Part shown: positions 61,501 through 64,000 of the stretch, piece after piece
Numbering within the stretch: position 1 is the stretch's first letter
How the letters are laid out: each line of letters starts with the position of its first letter
Notes under the pieces: generated by a model
What the model was told of the DNA's origin: nothing
What the model saw: only the letters and a program-made list of their open reading frames with translations
The model's database searches: none
Position numbers and translations under genes: made by a program
Assembly (NCBI GenBank): GCA_964016885.1
Contig: OZ024743.1
Coordinates: forward strand, 133,796,001 to 133,860,000
Direction of reading: 5' to 3'
Source: Eledone cirrhosa
Taxonomy: Eukaryota
DNA length: 64,000 nt

Positions 61501-64000
61501 TGCTTGGTGCTTGGTGTTTGGTGCTTGGTGCTTGGTGCTTGGTCTTTGGTGCTTGGTGTTTGGTGTTTGGTGCTTGGTGCTTTGTGTTTGGTGCTTGGTG
61601 ATTAGTGTTTGGTGCTTGGTACTTGGTGTTTGGTGCTTGGTGTTTGGTGTTTGCTGTTTGGTGTTTGGTGTTTGGTGTTTGCTGTTTGGTGTCTGATTTT
61701 GGTGTTTGGTGTTTGCTGTATGGTGTTTGCTGTTTCGTGTTTGGTGTTTGCTGTTTGGTGTTTGGTGTTTGCTGTTTGGTGTTTGGTCTTTGGTGCTTGG
61801 TGTTTGGTGCTTGGTGCTTGGTGTTTGGTGTTTGGTGCTTGGTGTTTGGTGTTTGGTGCTTCGTGCTTGGTGCTTGGTGTTTGGTGCTTGGTGTCTGGTG
61901 CTTGGTGTCTGGTGCTTGGTGTTTGGTGTTTGGTGTTTGGCGCTTGGTGTTTGGTGTTTGGTGCTTGTTGCTTGGTGCTTGGTGCTTGGTGTTTGGTGCT
62001 TGGTGCTTGGTGTTTGGTGCTGGGTGCTTGGTGTTTGGTGCTTGGTGCTTGGTGTTTGGTGTTTGGTGCTTGGTGCTTGGTGTTTGGTGTTTGGTCTTAT
62101 ATGCTTGGTGTTTGGTGCTTGGTGCTTGGTGTTTGGTGTTTGGTTCTTGATGCTTGGTATTTGGTGCTTGGTGCTTGCTGCTTGGTGTTTGGTGCTTGGT
62201 GATTGATGCTTGGTGTTTGGTGCTTGGTGCTTGGTGTTTGGTTTTTGGTGCTAGGTGCTTGGTGCTTGGTGTTTGGTGCTTGGTGTTTGGTGTTTGGTGC
62301 TTGGTGCTTGGTGTTTGGTACTTGGTGCTTGGTGCTTGGTGTTTGGTGCTTGGTGCTTGGTGTTTGGTGTTTGGTGTTTGGTGCTTGGTGCTTGGTGTTT
62401 GGTGCTTGGTGCTGGGTGGTTGGTGTTTGGTGCTTGGTGCTTGGTGTTTCGTGCTAGGTGCATGGTGCTTGGTGTTTGGTGCTTGGTGCTTGGTGCTTGG
62501 TCTTTGGTGTTTGGTGTTTAGTGCTTGGTGCTTGGTGCTTGATTCTTGGTCCTTGGTGTTTGGTGCTTGGTGCTTGGTGTTTGGTGTTTGGTGCTTGGTG
62601 CTTGGTGCTTCGTGTTTGGTGTTTGGAGCTTGGTGTCTGGAGCTTGGTGTTTGGTGTTTGGTGCTTGGTGTTTGGTGTTTGGTGCTTGGTGCTTGGTGTT
62701 TGGTGCTTGGTGCTTGGTGTTTGTACTTGGTGCTTGGTGCTTGGTGTTTGGTGCTTGGTTCTTGGTGTTTGGTGCTTGGTGTTTGGAGCTTGGTGCTTGG
62801 TGTTTGGTGCATGGTGCTTGGTGTTTGTACTTGGTGCTTGGTGCTTGGTGTTTGGTGCTTGGTTCTTGGTGTTTGGTGCTTGGTGCTTGGAGCTTGGTGC
62901 TTGGTGTTTGGTGCTTGGTGCTTGGTGTTTGGTGTTTGGTGCTTGGTGCTTGGTGTTTGGTGTTTGGTGCTTGGTGTTTGGTGTTTGGTGTTTTGTGCTT
63001 GGTGCTTGGTGTTTGTTGCTTGGTACTTGGTGCATGGTGTTTGGTGCTGGGTGCTTGGTGTTTTGTGCTTGGTTCTTGGTGTTTGGTGTTTGGTGCTTGG
63101 TACTTGGTGTCTGGAGCTTGGTGTTTGGTGTTTGGTGCTTGGTGTTTGGTGCTTGGTGCTTGGTGTTTGGTGTTTGGTGTTTGATGCTTGGTGTTTTATG
63201 CTTGGTGCTTGGTGTTTGGTGCTTGGTGTTTGTATTTGGTGCTTGGTGCTTGGTGTTTTGTGCTTGGTTCTTGGTGTTTGGTGTTTGGTGCTTGGTACTT
63301 GGTGCTTGGTGTTTGGTGCTTGGTGCTTGGTGTTTGGTGTTTGGTGCCTGGTGCTTGGTGTTTGGTGTTTGGTGCTTGGTGTTTGGTGTTTGGTGCTTGG
63401 TGCTTGGTGTTTGTTGCTTGGTACTTGGTGCATGGTGTTTGGTGCTGGGTGCTTGGTGTTTGGTGCTTGGTGTTTGGTGCTTGGTGCTTGGTGTTTGGTG
63501 TTTGGTGTTTGATGCTTGGTGTTTTATGCTTGGTGCTTGGTGTTTGGTGCTTGGTGTTTGTACTCGGTGCTTGGTGCTTGGTGTTTTGTGCTTGGTTCTT
63601 GGGGTTTGGTGTTTGGTGTTTGGTGCTTGTTGCTTGGTGCTTAGTGCTTGGTGTTTGGTGCTTGGTGCTTGGTGTTTGGTGCTGGCTGCTTGGTGTTTGG
63701 TGCTTGGTGCTTGGTGTTTGGTGTTTGGTGCTTGGTGCTTGGTGTTTGGTGTTTGGTGTTATATGCTTGGTGTTTGGTGCTTGGTGCTTGGTGTTTGGTG
63801 TTTGGTTCTTGATGCTTGGTATTTGGTGCTTGGTGCTTGCTGCTTGGTGTTTGGTGCTTGGTGATTGATGCTTGGTGTTTGGTGCTTGGTGCTTGGTGTT
63901 TGGTTTTTGGTGCTAGGTGCTTGGTGCTTGGTGTTTGGTGCTTGCTGTTTGGTGTTTGGTGCTTGGTGCTTGGTGTTTGGTACTTGGTGCTTGGTGCTTG
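58600..64000 (+). repeat. Third, truncated copy of the 12.5-kb block (offset 14,465 bp from copy 2, 27,001 bp from copy 1)
   Basis: ORFs 44320/58785, 46172/60637, 47689/62154 and 48723/63188 are all at +14,465. Markers TTGACGC (~60309), CTGATTTT (~61693) and TGGCGC (~61938) are present. The copy runs off the window end. Confidence 0.95.

Larger units (their letters stand above)
1..64000 (+). repeat. Heptamer satellite array (TTGGTGC/TTGGTGT)n, about 9,150 monomers, one orientation, running to both window edges
   Basis: Every sequence line parses into TTGGTGY units with scattered substitutions and rare 5/6/8-bp units. The plus strand is G/T-rich and almost free of A. All ORFs show the 7-aa period expected of a 7-bp repeat. 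Confidence 0.99.

Noticed and set aside
14-63868. Plus-strand ORFs resembling hydrophobic Cys/Trp-rich membrane proteins
   Set aside because: They overlap in all three frames with the same peptide repeat, mostly start at TTG/GTG inside the repeat, have no unique domain, and are crossed by shared 1-bp indels. They are translations of the satellite.
1-64000. CRISPR-like repeat/spacer array
   Set aside because: There are no unique spacers, no constant 23-50 bp repeat alternating with variable sequence, and no leader or cas genes.
1-64000. Strong G-quadruplex or i-motif array
   Set aside because: The consensus has only GG doublets with 5-nt loops, and GGG/GGGG tracts are isolated. At most weak two-tier structures are possible, which cannot be supported without biophysical data.
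1-64000. Canonical telomerase-synthesised tract, or pure sequencing noise
   Set aside because: No TTAGGG/TTTAGGG arrays are present. Rare variants recur at exact multi-kilobase offsets, which neither de novo telomerase addition nor random base-calling error would produce.
1-64000. Embedded transposon, tRNA/rRNA, inverted segment or hairpin
   Set aside because: I saw no stretch departing from the heptamer register and no CACCAA-oriented segment on the plus strand.

Overview
The whole 64-kb window is one uninterrupted, single-orientation tandem array (satellite DNA) of the heptamer TTGGTG(C/T), reverse complement (G/A)CACCAA, about 9,150 monomers (64,000/7). I found no protein-coding gene, RNA gene, transposon, CRISPR array or unique sequence. 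Every listed ORF is a by-product of the repeat: 7 bp read in triplets gives a 7-aa period, WCLV(L/F)G(A/V) on the plus strand and TKHQ(A/T)P(S/N) on the minus strand. The informative structure is higher-order. Position 7 is a mixed C/T polymorphism, and rare variant monomers (TTGTAC, TATATGC, CTGCTTT, TTAGTGT, CTGGAGC, TGGGTGG and others) recur in a fixed order, defining an ancestral ~2.0-2.2 kb higher-order unit. That unit has been reshuffled and amplified by nested duplications with periods of 104, 294, 854, 1217, 2005 (x3), ~2.1k, 3536, ~4.76k, 12,536 and 14,465 bp. Every period I counted is a whole number of monomers. The right half is dominated by near-identical large duplications, while the left half is a more diverged patchwork. 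Organism, chromosomal location and function cannot be determined from the window. Offsets were read by hand from the ORF track and marker positions, not from a computed alignment.
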